From the NCBI GenBank assembly GCA_022749845.1, contig JAKIWX010000002.1, forward strand, positions 478 to 64,477: a DNA stretch of 64,000 nt. The letters are read 5' to 3'. The stretch is from Thermoplasmata archaeon. GTDB taxonomy: Archaea; Thermoplasmatota; Thermoplasmata; Lutacidiplasmatales; UBA184. This document shows positions 1 to 9,323 of the stretch, in pieces. Within the stretch, counting starts at the first letter, position 1; the number at the start of each line of letters is the position of its first letter. Under the pieces are notes generated by a model. The model saw only the letters and a list, made by a program, of their open reading frames with translations, had not been told where the DNA came from and did no database searches. The position numbers and the translations under genes are program-made.

Positions 1-1
1 G

Positions 2-328
2 CAAGGGACGGTCCCGACCGGACCGCACGCCGGCTCCCTCTGGTTCGACTTCAACAACGTGAACGACTCCGGCGCCGCGAACGGCTTCCCGATCGAGGTC
101 GCGAGCGGCGGTAGCCTGACCGTCTCCGTCTACCTGCTCAACTGGGACAACGTCTCCCACACGATCGTGCTCGTGCACCTCCGATCTCCGCTCTACGCGA
201 CGAGCTCGATGCCGCCGCCCCCCGCGACAATCGCGCCCTACCAGGACGTCTACTACCAGATCACCGTCACCGTCCAAGCGCCACCCGGGTCGAGCGCCTT
301 CGGGATCGGCACGCTCGGGTTCGCGTAG
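2..328 (+). CDS. C-terminal fragment of a hypothetical, probably extracellular, protein (open to the left window edge)
   Basis: Frame 2 is open from base 2 (QGTVPTGPHAGSLWFDFNN...) to TAG at 326-328. The GTG at 59 in the ORF track is internal. The stop abuts the ATG of the next gene. No family recognised. Confidence 0.35.
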   Translation, partial: QGTVPTGPHAGSLWFDFNNVNDSGAANGFPIEVASGGSLTVSVYLLNWDNVSHTIVLVHLRSPLYATSSMPPPPATIAPYQDVYYQITVTVQAPPGSSAFGIGTLGFA

Positions 329-1651
329 ATGGGAGACCTTCCCGCTCCCACTAGCCCGGGGCCGTCATCCGTAGCCACCGACGGCTTTGCAGCGGAGGCG
401 GAGAGGACCGGCCTCGTTCTGCCCAAGCCGAAGCGCACGAACCCCTGGCTCGCCGCTGGGCTCGTCCTCCTCTTGGTGGGCGCCTCCCTGGGCGTCGGCT
501 ACGCCACGGGTTGGTTGAACCCGCACCGGTCCGCCCCGCTGCGCCCGGTCCTCCTCGGCCCGCAGGATTGCACGGTGACGAACGTGCCGATCCTAGGCGC
601 CTATTCCCCGGACTCCGCGGACGTCCTCGCCAGCTCTTGGCAGAGACTCGGGAGCGCCTTCACGAACTACACGGGAGGTTGCGTGAACGTCACCTTCCAC
701 ACGAGCGGGGGAGCGGAGGGCGTCGGCGCGCAGGCCGCGGGCGGCGCGGAGTACACGCTGAGCGCGGTACCTCCCGACCCGGGGGCGCTCGCGGCACTCG
801 GGGGCCCCGTCAAAGTCTCGCCCGCCCTTCTCACCGCGGTAGGGGTCGTCTACAACCTGCCGAGCCTCGCCGAGCCACTTCGCCTGTCCGGCGCGGCGCT
901 CGCCGGGATCTTCCTCGGAAGCATCACCCGCTGGAACGATCCGGCGATCCAGGCGGCGAACCCGGGCCAGACGTTACCAGGGAGCGCCCCCATCTCTGTC
1001 GCGCACCGGAACGACTCGACGGTGCTCACGAGCCTCCTCACGACCTACCTTGCGCATGCGAACGCGACGTGGAATCAGACCGTCGGTACCGGCTCGACCG
1101 TTCCGTGGCCGGTAGGGTACGGGGCCGACTCTAACGCGGCGCTCCTCGCATGGGTGGGAGGTGCCGTCGGTTCGATCGGTTACGCACCCGTCGGCTCCCC
1201 AGGGACCGTGGGGATGTCGGTCGCGGAGCTCCAGAACGCCGCGGGGGGTTTCGCCGCCCCGAACGCGAGCGGAGTGGACGCCGCCGGCAGTGCGGTCGCG
1301 GGAACCTCGGCCGCCACGAACGGTGGGTGGGGGCCGGACTCCTTCGTGGGCGCGCCGGGGCTCGCGAGCTATCCGCTCGTCCTACCCTCGTACGCGGTCC
1401 TGTACACGGACCTCGGCACGGCGTACGGCACGAACCTGAGCCTCCACGCCGCCCAGTGGCTCCTCACCTTCCTGTGGTGGGCCGGCGCCCAGGTGCCACC
1501 GGATTCCGGCGCGTCCGCCCTCGCGGCAATGCCCCCGTCCCTCCTTCTGCTGCTCCAAGGGACGATCGAGAAGATCCTCTACCACGGGAATCCGGCGCTG
1601 AGCGAGAGCGAATCGGGCAGGGAAGGCGGTGGGGAAACTGGCATCTTCTGA
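329..1651 (+). CDS. PstS-family (phosphate-binding-protein-like) substrate-binding protein with N-terminal membrane anchor
   Basis: N-terminal TM segment (WLAAGLVLLLVGASLGVGYA). Core resembles PstS: VVYNLP..L.LSGAALAGIFLGSITRWNDPAIQAANPGQTLP...ISVAHRNDS...GSIGY. No pstCAB genes adjacent. Confidence 0.65.
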   Translation: MGDLPAPTSPGPSSVATDGFAAEAERTGLVLPKPKRTNPWLAAGLVLLLVGASLGVGYATGWLNPHRSAPLRPVLLGPQDCTVTNVPILGAYSPDSADVLASSWQRLGSAFTNYTGGCVNVTFHTSGGAEGVGAQAAGGAEYTLSAVPPDPGALAALGGPVKVSPALLTAVGVVYNLPSLAEPLRLSGAALAGIFLGSITRWNDPAIQAANPGQTLPGSAPISVAHRNDSTVLTSLLTTYLAHANATWNQTVGTGSTVPWPVGYGADSNAALLAWVGGAVGSIGYAPVGSPGTVGMSVAELQNAAGGFAAPNASGVDAAGSAVAGTSAATNGGWGPDSFVGAPGLASYPLVLPSYAVLYTDLGTAYGTNLSLHAAQWLLTFLWWAGAQVPPDSGASALAAMPPSLLLLLQGTIEKILYHGNPALSESESGREGGGETGIF

Positions 1652-1782
1652 ACCCGTGGCGCCCGGTCCCCCGCCGGAGCTCGTCGTCGACCGAGCAGCC
1701 CTCCGGGGGAGCGTGAGGAGGGACGCGGGCCGGCGTACGGCCCGCCGTAGTCACGTCGCTCGAGGTGCGCCGGCCGCGTTCC

Positions 1783-1790
1783 TTTTAATA
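1783..1790 (+). promoter_or_regulatory. TATA-box-like element (TTTTAATA) upstream of the pilin-like gene
   Basis: Isolated A/T octamer in GC-rich DNA about 43 nt upstream of GTG 1833. A GGAGGAG Shine-Dalgarno-like run lies at about 1817-1823. Confidence 0.4.
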
Positions 1791-1832
1791 CACGGCCCGA
1801 ACGTTACTAACGGTCGAGGAGGAGCTCCTCCC

Positions 1833-3368
1833 GTGCGTTATTGGAAGACGATCCGTCAGCGTCGGCGCCGCGCGCGCGCCGGCCAGGTGAGTGCCGTGGC
1901 GGTCGTGCTGGGCCTCCTGCTCGTGGTCACCTTCATCGCGAACTACCTAGCGCAGACGCTCCCGAGCCAGATGCAGGAGCTCGAGTTCGAGCACACGCTC
2001 CAGGTGGAGGACCAGCTCGGGCGGATCCAGACCGCGGTGCTCGCCGAGGCCACCCATCCGCACCAGCCGCTCGCCCTCACTTCCCCGGTTACCCTGGGTT
2101 CGCAGTCGCTCCCGCCCTTCGCGCCCGCCTCGACCGGCTCGCTCGTCCTCGACCCCGCCTCCTTCTCGCTCTCCACCCAGTACAGCGTGGCCCGGGTGTT
2201 CCAGGCCGCCCCCCACTGGGGGATGGGCTCGGCTTGCCTCGGCACGGGCAACGGCACCTGCCTCCTCGGGAGCGGGCCGTACTCGTACAACGCCTCGGCC
2301 GGGAACAGCACCTTCACCGTGACGATCGCCGCCGCGTCGAGCACCCTCTTCTACAACATCTCGGGGAGTGGGGACACGCTCTCCGTTTCGCAGACCGGGG
2401 CGACCCCGTCGAACCTGCAGATCATCGTGGTCGGGTCGAACGACACGGTGACGGTCAGCGAGTCGGTTCCGCTCGTCCTCAGCCCGCACTACACGGTCCA
2501 GTTCTTCGGCCAGAACGACCAGCTGAACGCGCTCGTCGCGGGCGCGCACTCGGGGCCGGGGACCACGCGCTTCCTGACGAGCTTCGCGGGAGACAACGGC
2601 GGCCTCTGCCCCTTCGACAACGGCTCCGCCTCGGACACGTTCAACCTGGTCGACACGAGCAACGCCTTCACCGCGAACAGCACCTGGTGGAACTCCGTCG
2701 GCTACGTGACGGCGCCCGCGACGCAGGCGCTGCTGGCCCCCAACAGCTTCGCGACGTTCCAGAACCGGACGGGCTTTCTCCCGTGCGGGTTCACGAGGGC
2801 GGTCGGCACCATCTACACGACGAGCTTCCTGTCGGGGCTCAAGGTGCACCTCGCGAACCGGTACAACCCGCCCGAGGACATCCTCTACGAGGACGGGGCC
2901 GTCATCCTCTCGCACCCGGGCTCGGGAAGCTTCATGACGGGCCCGCCGACGATCTCCATCCACCGCTCCCTCCTCGGCGCCGAGGTGGCGAACTTCACGA
3001 TCGTGAACGTCGTGGGCGGCGGCAAGGGTAGCCCCACCTCGGAGGGCGGCACGGCGACCGCCGGGGTGAGCACCCAGCTCCTCTCCGTCGATAGCTTCCA
3101 GGTCCAGGACAACAGCACGACCGGTGTCGCCCTCGCGGGGCTCTGGCTCAACCTGACGACGCCCTACCCGGACGCCTGGGCGCAGTACCTGAACGCCTTC
3201 CCCCCGGGCGTGCTCGTGGGCGGCGCCGTGAGCTGTTCCACCGGCGCCCTACCTTCGGGGTTCAGCTGCCTCATCCCCCCTTCGGGCCAGCTCTCGACCT
3301 TGAGCGGAGAGCTGCTCGTCTCCGAGCTCGACTTCAGCGCGATCACCGTCGCCGTCACGATCCAGTAG
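1833..3368 (+). CDS. Extracellular protein with archaeal type IV pilin-like (class III signal peptide-like) N-terminus
   Basis: From GTG 1833 the N-terminus is VRYWKTIRQRRRRARAGQVSAVAVVLGLLLVVTFIANY: a basic stretch, G-Q, then a hydrophobic helix. Many N-x-S/T sequons. The cleavage motif is imperfect. The ORF-track start at 1629 lies upstream of the TATA and is unlikely. Confidence 0.5.
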   Translation: MRYWKTIRQRRRRARAGQVSAVAVVLGLLLVVTFIANYLAQTLPSQMQELEFEHTLQVEDQLGRIQTAVLAEATHPHQPLALTSPVTLGSQSLPPFAPASTGSLVLDPASFSLSTQYSVARVFQAAPHWGMGSACLGTGNGTCLLGSGPYSYNASAGNSTFTVTIAAASSTLFYNISGSGDTLSVSQTGATPSNLQIIVVGSNDTVTVSESVPLVLSPHYTVQFFGQNDQLNALVAGAHSGPGTTRFLTSFAGDNGGLCPFDNGSASDTFNLVDTSNAFTANSTWWNSVGYVTAPATQALLAPNSFATFQNRTGFLPCGFTRAVGTIYTTSFLSGLKVHLANRYNPPEDILYEDGAVILSHPGSGSFMTGPPTISIHRSLLGAEVANFTIVNVVGGGKGSPTSEGGTATAGVSTQLLSVDSFQVQDNSTTGVALAGLWLNLTTPYPDAWAQYLNAFPPGVLVGGAVSCSTGALPSGFSCLIPPSGQLSTLSGELLVSELDFSAITVAVTIQ

Positions 3369-3420
3369 CCGCGCTCGACAGGGTTATCTCGCGAACCGGC
3401 TCCGCTTTCGGGGTAAGGGC

Positions 3421-4986
3421 GTGGCCTCCGCATCGTCGGGAACGCTGCCCATCCGACGCGCCCTCCTCGCGGTGGACGACAAGCGGGAGCTTCCCGAATT
3501 CGCTCGCGCCCTCGCCGCGCACGGTGCCGAGCTGTGGGCGACGACCGGCACGCGCGCGGCCCTCGCCGAGGCCGGCCTCACCTCCCGCCCCGTCGAGGAG
3601 CTCACGGGGATCGCCGACTGGTTCGGGGGGAGGGTGAAGACGCTCCACCCGGGGGTCCTCGGCGGGGTGCTCGCACCTGCCGGACCCGCGGGAGAGGAGG
3701 AGCTCGCCCGGCGGGGCCTCCTCTCCTTCGACCTCGTGGTGGTGAACTTCTACCCGTTCGAGGAGCGCGCCGCCTCGCACCCCGGGGATCCGGAGCTCGT
3801 CGAGGCGATCGACATCGGGGGGGTCACCCTTGCCCGGGCCGCGGCGAAGAACCACGCCCGCGTGGCCGCGGTGAGCGACCGGTCGGAGTACCCCGCCCTC
3901 GCCGCCGAGCTCCAACGGGAGGGAGGAAAGCTCACCGCGGAGACCCGGAAGGCGCTCGCCCATCGCACCTTCCTCCGGGTGCACGCCTACGACCGCCGGA
4001 TCGCGCAGGAGCTCGCCGGCCCCGCCTCTTCGACTGGGTTCCCGGCCCACCTCGAGCTTCACAGGGAGACCGTGCGGATGCGATACGGCGAGAACCCCCA
4101 CCAGTCCGCCGAGAGGTACGAGATCGGGGGCGAAGGGGGTACTGCCCTCGAGCCGCTGCCGCTCCGCGTCCTCAAAGGAGCCTCCCTATCCTACACGAAC
4201 CTCCTCGACCTCGACACGGCGCTCTCCATCGTGGCGGAGTTCCCCACCCCGACGGCCGCGGTGGTGAAGCACGCCACGCCGGTCGGGGTCGCCTCGGGAC
4301 TCACGGCCGCGGAGGCGGTCCGTCGCGCCCTCGCCACCGACCCTGTCGCCCGCTACGGCTGCGTCGTGGCCCTCAATCGTCCCTTCGAAGAGGAGACGGT
4401 CCCCGAGCTGCACGGTGTGTTCGTGGACCTCCTCGCGGCGCCCTCGGTCCACCCGGCCGCCCTCGCCGGCGTGGAGCGGCGCTCGAAGCTCAAGGTGGTC
4501 GAGGCGGCTCCCCCGCGCATCGACCGGCCTCGTTGGGAGGGCCGGACGGCGATGGGACGGCTCCTCCTCCAGGAGTACGACACCCGCCAGCTCCGACCGG
4601 ACGAGCTGAAGCCGGTCACGAGCCGGCGGGCAAGCCCGGAAGACGCCTGCGCGCTCGACTTCGCCTGGCGGGTCGTCCGCCACGCTCGGTCGAACGCGGT
4701 GGTGCTCGCGAACGGATCTGCGACGGTAGGGATCGGCTCGGGCCAGCCGTCGCGGGTCAAGGCGGTCGAGATGGCGCTCGAGGTCGCGGGCTCACGCTCC
4801 CAAGGCGCGGTCCTCGCCTCGGATGCGTTCTTCCCGTTCGCCGACGGGATCGAGGCGGCCGGGAAGGGTGGAGTAAAGGCGATCCTGCAGCCGGGGGGGA
4901 GCGTCCGCGACCCCGAGGTGATCGCCGCGGCCGAGCGGCTCGGGATCGCGATGTACTTCACCGGCTGGCGCGTCTTCCGCCACTAG
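3421..4986 (+). CDS. purH: Bifunctional AICAR transformylase / IMP cyclohydrolase
   Basis: MGS-like N-terminus (ALLAVDDKRELPEFARALAAHGAELWATTGT), GGRVKTLHPGVLGG, FDLVVVNFYPF, IDIGGVTLARAAAKNH. C-terminal AICARFT domain ends ...FTGWRVFRH. Confidence 0.95.
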   Translation: MASASSGTLPIRRALLAVDDKRELPEFARALAAHGAELWATTGTRAALAEAGLTSRPVEELTGIADWFGGRVKTLHPGVLGGVLAPAGPAGEEELARRGLLSFDLVVVNFYPFEERAASHPGDPELVEAIDIGGVTLARAAAKNHARVAAVSDRSEYPALAAELQREGGKLTAETRKALAHRTFLRVHAYDRRIAQELAGPASSTGFPAHLELHRETVRMRYGENPHQSAERYEIGGEGGTALEPLPLRVLKGASLSYTNLLDLDTALSIVAEFPTPTAAVVKHATPVGVASGLTAAEAVRRALATDPVARYGCVVALNRPFEEETVPELHGVFVDLLAAPSVHPAALAGVERRSKLKVVEAAPPRIDRPRWEGRTAMGRLLLQEYDTRQLRPDELKPVTSRRASPEDACALDFAWRVVRHARSNAVVLANGSATVGIGSGQPSRVKAVEMALEVAGSRSQGAVLASDAFFPFADGIEAAGKGGVKAILQPGGSVRDPEVIAAAERLGIAMYFTGWRVFRH

Positions 4987-5004
4987 GGACGGGCCCCGGG
5001 CAGG

Positions 5005-5346
5005 CTAGTACGAAAAGTACCGCTTGAGCACCGAGCGGAACTCGGTCGGCGCGGTGAGCGCGACCTCCCGCCCCTGCTCCCGGCCCTTGTCGAGGAAGAG
5101 GTAGGTCGGGATCGAGTGGATGCCGTAGGAGCGCGTGACGTTCCCGCTCTCGTCGACGTTCACTTTCGTGAACTTCACCCGGCCCGCGAGGTTCTGGGAG
5201 AGCTGCAGCAGCACGGGCTCGGCCACGCGGCAGGGCGCGCACCAGTCGGCGTAGAAATCGACGAGCACGGGGAGCGGCGAGCGGATCACTTCCACCTCGA
5301 AGGTGTCGTCGGTGACGTGGATCAAAGTCGGGTTCTCGTCGACCAT
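5005..5346 (-). CDS. trxA: Thioredoxin
   Basis: WCAPCR active site in ...VLVDFYADWCAPCRVAEPVL...FTKVNVDE...YGIHSIPT. Start taken at ATG 5346 (MVDENPTL); the ORF-track GTG at 5364 is the alternative. Confidence 0.9.
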   Translation of the reverse strand: MVDENPTLIHVTDDTFEVEVIRSPLPVLVDFYADWCAPCRVAEPVLLQLSQNLAGRVKFTKVNVDESGNVTRSYGIHSIPTYLFLDKGREQGREVALTAPTEFRSVLKRYFSY

Positions 5347-5403
5347 CGCTACGAATGAGAACACGGGATGAGGGCATAAGCCCTAGCCCCGTCGGGGCGC
5401 GCG

Positions 5404-6537
5404 GTGAGCGCTCTCCCCCGGCCTTCTCGCCGGACTCGTCCGACGCGGCGATCCCGGGCCCTCGCCCCGCCCCTCCTGGCGTGGTACCGCTCGCATCGTC
5501 GGCCGCTACCGTGGCGGAGGGACCGTGACCCGTACCGGATCTGGTTGGCGGAGGTGCTGCTCCAGCAGACGCGGGTCGCGCAGGCACTCCCCTACTACAC
5601 ACGGATCCTCGAGCGCTACCCGAACCTGCGCGCGCTCGCCGACTCCCGCCCCTCGGAGCTCCTCAAGCTCTGGCAGGGGGCGGGCTACTACGCGCGGGCT
5701 TCCCGTCTCCGCGCCGCGGCTCGGGCCATCCGGAAGGAGCACGGCGGACGGTTTCCGCGCGCGGTCGAGCAGCTCGAACGGCTTCCGGGCATCGGGCCCT
5801 ACACGGCGCGCGCGATCGCGAGCCTCGCGTTCCGCGCTCCGGTGCTTGCCCTCGAGGCGAACGGTGTCCGCGTTGCCGCCCGCTTGACGGGGGATCGGGG
5901 CGACCCAGCGCAGGCGAAGGTCCGGGCCCGACTTGGGGCATGGCTCGCGAAGGAACTCCCGGTGGACGCGCCGGGTGAGTTCAACGAGGCCGTGATGGAG
6001 CTCGGCGAGACGGTGTGTCTACCCCGCTCGCCACGCTGCCCCGAATGTCCGGTGTCGTTGGTGTGCTCCGCGTTCCGCACGTTGGCCGACCCAGGATCAC
6101 TTCCGCGCCGTACCCCCCGCCGACCGAAACCGCACGAGGTCGCGGCGATCGCAGCGGTGCATCGCGGGCCGCGCTGGTTGATGCAGCAGCGGACCGAACC
6201 GGGCCTGCTGCGGGGTCTATGGGAATTCCCAGGGGGCAAACAGGCGCCGGGCGAGAGCCTCCCGGACGCGGCACGGAGAGAACTCGAGGAGGAGACCGGG
6301 CTGCGCGTCGGAAGCCTCGAACACGTCGGAGTGATCCGACACTCCTACAGCCACTTTTCCGTCGAACTCCACCTCTTCCGCGCCGAGCCCCGCGGGAAGT
6401 ATCGGGTGACCAGCCCGGCCCGATGGGTCACCGCCGAAGAGATCCGAAGACTCCCGTTGCCTCGCGCGACCGAGAAGGCGCTCTTGCTTCTGGGGGTTGG
6501 CTCGCCGGAGGAGGCCCAGCCGGGCCAGACACGATGA
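5404..6537 (+). CDS. mutY: A/G-specific adenine DNA glycosylase with C-terminal NUDIX-like domain
   Basis: LLAWYRSHRRPLPWRRDRDPYRIWLAEVLLQQTRV, GAGYYARA, HhH-GPD (LPGIGPYTARAI), 4-Cys cluster CLPRSPRCPECPVSLVC, NUDIX-like WEFPGGK...RELEEETG. Confidence 0.9.
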   Translation: MSALPRPSRRTRPTRRSRALAPPLLAWYRSHRRPLPWRRDRDPYRIWLAEVLLQQTRVAQALPYYTRILERYPNLRALADSRPSELLKLWQGAGYYARASRLRAAARAIRKEHGGRFPRAVEQLERLPGIGPYTARAIASLAFRAPVLALEANGVRVAARLTGDRGDPAQAKVRARLGAWLAKELPVDAPGEFNEAVMELGETVCLPRSPRCPECPVSLVCSAFRTLADPGSLPRRTPRRPKPHEVAAIAAVHRGPRWLMQQRTEPGLLRGLWEFPGGKQAPGESLPDAARRELEEETGLRVGSLEHVGVIRHSYSHFSVELHLFRAEPRGKYRVTSPARWVTAEEIRRLPLPRATEKALLLLGVGSPEEAQPGQTR

Positions 6538-6543
6538 GGAGTG

Positions 6544-6942
6544 CTACGGGGACTTCGGTCGAGAGGAGCCCGAGGCGTAGGCGCCGGAGCGATCGGCCGG
6601 TGCGCCCACCGCGCGCAGGAACTCCTCGACACGGAACGGCCGAGGCAGCACCTGTGCGGAACCTGTGGGTTGCTCTGGGGATTCTTTCCCGGACTCCGCG
6701 GGCGGCGCGACGAGCACGACCTTGGCAGCTGGCCAGCGAGCCCCCGCCCGTGTCGCGATGTCGGCCCAGCCGCGGGCCGAGCCGTCGACCAGGATGACGT
6801 TCGGCGGACTAGACGCCGACTTCTCCGCGACCGTCTCGAGGGAATCGGACTCGCCCGTGACCTCGTGGTGGTGCATGCGGAGCAGTCCCCGGAGGAGGGC
6901 GCGGCTCTCGGTGTTGCCGCCGGCTAGGAACACCCGGGTCAT
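6544..6942 (-). CDS. Atypical (pseudo-)receiver domain protein
   Basis: CheY-like layout MTRVFLAGGN...VILVDGS...KVVLVAPP...LPRPFRVEEFLRAV. The acidic pair is AGG, not DD, and the conserved K is R. Start taken at ATG 6942; the ORF-track TTG at 6978 is the alternative. Confidence 0.45.
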   Translation of the reverse strand: MTRVFLAGGNTESRALLRGLLRMHHHEVTGESDSLETVAEKSASSPPNVILVDGSARGWADIATRAGARWPAAKVVLVAPPAESGKESPEQPTGSAQVLPRPFRVEEFLRAVGAPADRSGAYASGSSRPKSP

Positions 6943-7035
6943 CGGTAACGGGACGTAAGTGGAAGAGGCCCTACTCAAGCTTGCCGATTCCGGCGCCCGC
7001 GGTCGACACCTGTATTCATCCTCCAGACGCCCCCT

Positions 7036-7046
7036 AAACTATATAG
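7036..7046. promoter_or_regulatory. Strong near-palindromic TATA element (AAACTATATAG)
   Basis: The most A/T-rich element in a 400-bp non-coding gap. It could fire rightward (candidate sRNA) and/or leftward (receiver-domain gene). Confidence 0.45.
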
Positions 7047-7063
7047 TGTCCATAGGCCATGAC

Positions 7064-7162
7064 CAGTTGGCCTCGGGCCCCGGCGATCCGGATCGGGCGG
7101 CACCGTCCACCAGGCCCCTCCGGATCGCCGGGAGCCATTTTCCCGTCAAGCCGAAGCTTTTT
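7064..7162 (+). ncRNA. Candidate small structured RNA (function unknown)
   Basis: About 20 nt downstream of the TATA. Perfect 14-bp inverted repeat CCCGGCGATCCGGA (7079-7092) / TCCGGATCGCCGGG (7119-7132) with a 26-nt loop, followed by T4 (7138-7141) and T5 (7158-7162). No plausible coding ORF. Confidence 0.3.
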
Positions 7163-7341
7163 GGGCCCATCCCGCGACCCCATCGCTAGTGTCGGGTGCC
7201 CGTCGTATCGCCGGGGGAGCTCACGAGAGCCGCCTTCTCTCGCTCCTGCGCTTTCGCCGGGAGCGTGGCGACCCCCCCTCCGACCTAACTTCGCGGTATG
7301 CTCTGCCGCTCGTGACGGGACTAGCGAGTAACGGCGGCGGA

Positions 7342-7767
7342 ATGCCCGGACCGAACGGGGGACCGGATCCTTCTCCAGCGCGGCCGCAACCGCCCGACGC
7401 CTCTCCTGCCACTCCCTCCCCCTTAGCGAGGTCAGGGCCTGCCGTCGGGCCCGACTGCCCCACCTGCCACCTCCCGACGCTACCGACCGATCTGCCGGGG
7501 CGCTTCGGTTGCCCACTGTGCGGCCATCATGTTGCCACGAAAGGTGCGAAGCCGTTCGCCGCTGCGCCTCCGCTACCTCCCCAGAACCCGGCGGGCCGCC
7601 GCTCGGAAGAGCTCCTCGCGGCGTGGCTGAGCGGAAGCTCCGTACCGTGCCCCAAGTGCCGCGCCCCGCTGCGCCACGCGGGACCCGGGGAGTTCAGCTG
7701 CCGTGCGTGCGGCGAGCGCCGTTCCGTCAGCCTGAGCGCAACGGCCTCTCCGCCGGCAACTCCGTAG
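7342..7767 (+). CDS. Double zinc-ribbon protein (hypothetical)
   Basis: Two CxxC...CxxC pairs: CPTCH...CPLCG and CPKCR...CRACG. Pro-rich N-terminus. Start at ATG 7342 preferred over ORF-track 7189. Confidence 0.45.
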   Translation: MPGPNGGPDPSPARPQPPDASPATPSPLARSGPAVGPDCPTCHLPTLPTDLPGRFGCPLCGHHVATKGAKPFAAAPPLPPQNPAGRRSEELLAAWLSGSSVPCPKCRAPLRHAGPGEFSCRACGERRSVSLSATASPPATP

Positions 7768-7781
7768 GCTCGAGCCTACGC

Positions 7782-9302
7782 CTACGCCTGCGCCCGCACG
7801 CGTCGCAGCAACGACCCATCGGCGATCGCCGCGGCGAGCCGTTCGATGTCCGGGGCGGGGGGGCGATCCCGGTCGAGCGCGGGAACTAGTCCGCGGAGCG
7901 CCCGGAGCGCGGCCTCGGAGCCGTGGCCCCCGGTGCGGGGTCGCCGCAGCTCGAGCGCCATCCCTCCCACGAGCCATTCGACCGCGACCACCCGTCGCGC
8001 GTTCTCGATCATCCGGCGCAGCTTCGCACCGGCCCAGGCACCCTCGCTGTTGTAATCCTCCTGGTCCGCCGAGGTAGGGAGGCTCAGGGCGCTCGCAGGA
8101 TGCGAAAGCCCGGCGTTCTCGACCACGAGGGCGGAGGCGAGGTACTGCGGGATCATGTAACCGGAGTGCGCCCCGGGCTCGGCCGACAGGAACGCCGGCA
8201 GGCCACGGTTCAACGCGGGATTCATGAGGCGGGCCGTGCGCCGTTCGGAGAACCCTGCGATATACTGCACGCCAAGCGCGAGCGTGTCGAGGGCGAGCGC
8301 GAGCGGCTGCCCGTGGAAGTTCGCGGCGGAGAGGAACTGCTCTCCTGGAACGATGAGAGGGTTGTCGCTCACCGCGTTGAGCTCGGAGGCGAGCACGCCC
8401 GAGGCCCAACCGATCGCGAGCTCGCTGGCGGCCAGAACGGGGGGCAGCGCGCGGAGCGTGTACGGGTCCTGCGCTCCATGGTCCCCCACGGGCCTCGTGA
8501 GGCCGCTCCCCACGAGGCGCTCGCGCATCCGTCGGGCGACCTCGGACTGCTCGCGAAGTCCGCGCGCCGCGTGCACCCTCTCGTCGAGCGGTTCGAGCGA
8601 GCCGCCGAGCGCGTCGTACGACATCGCGGCCGCGTACTCGGAGGCCGCAAGGAGTTCGCGCGCATCGGCGACGCCGAGCGCGAGGTAGGTCGTCATGAGC
8701 GCCGTCCCGTTCACGAGCGCGACCCCCTCCTTCTCAGCAAGCTCGAGGGGGAGGAGGCCGGCAGCGGCGAGCACCTCCCTCGAGGGACGGGCGGCCCCCT
8801 CGCGATCGACGCAGGTCCCCTCGCCGACCAGCGCGAGGGCCAGGTGGGCGAGCGGGGCAAGGTCTCCCGATGCCCCGACCGAGCCCTGCTCGGGGACCCA
8901 GGGGACGAGGCGCCGGTTCAGGCAGTCGGCGAGGAGTCGGGCGAGCTCCGGACGGACCCCCGAGAGCCCCCGGGCGAAGCTGTTGAGCCGGAGGAGGAGC
9001 AGGCCACGGACCACCTCCTCGGGAAGGGGCGGGCCGGTACCGGAAGCGTGGCTGCGGACGAGGTTCAGCTGGAGCTCGCGCGCGCGGGCTCCGGGAACGA
9101 CCACGCCGGCGAGCGCGCCGTAGCCGGTCGTCACGCCGTAGACGGGACGGGCCTCCGCCACCGCGCGTTCGACGGCGCCGCGGCTCGCGCGTATGGCAAC
9201 GAGCGCCTCGGAGCTCGGCTCGACCGCGCAGTTGCCCCGGACCACCGCGAGGAACTGCTCGAGGGTGAGAGAGCTCCCGTCGACCGGGAGGCTCTCCGTC
9301 AC
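7782..9302 (-). CDS. hutH: Histidine ammonia-lyase (aromatic amino acid lyase family)
   Basis: MIO-forming Ala-Ser-Gly in GSVGASGDLAPLAHLALALVGEG. Family-typical NGTALMT and FHGQPLALALD segments. Confidence 0.9.
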   Translation of the reverse strand: MTESLPVDGSSLTLEQFLAVVRGNCAVEPSSEALVAIRASRGAVERAVAEARPVYGVTTGYGALAGVVVPGARARELQLNLVRSHASGTGPPLPEEVVRGLLLLRLNSFARGLSGVRPELARLLADCLNRRLVPWVPEQGSVGASGDLAPLAHLALALVGEGTCVDREGAARPSREVLAAAGLLPLELAEKEGVALVNGTALMTTYLALGVADARELLAASEYAAAMSYDALGGSLEPLDERVHAARGLREQSEVARRMRERLVGSGLTRPVGDHGAQDPYTLRALPPVLAASELAIGWASGVLASELNAVSDNPLIVPGEQFLSAANFHGQPLALALDTLALGVQYIAGFSERRTARLMNPALNRGLPAFLSAEPGAHSGYMIPQYLASALVVENAGLSHPASALSLPTSADQEDYNSEGAWAGAKLRRMIENARRVVAVEWLVGGMALELRRPRTGGHGSEAALRALRGLVPALDRDRPPAPDIERLAAAIADGSLLRRVRAQA

Positions 9303-9323
9303 GGCTCGAAGCGTCCGGGAGAC

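Noticed and set aside
7059-7331. 90-aa ORF starting just after the strong TATA element
   Set aside because: The product is Pro/Ser/Gly/Arg-rich with no hydrophobic core or motifs. It would read straight through a perfect 14-bp hairpin and two oligo-T runs. The region is better explained as non-coding.
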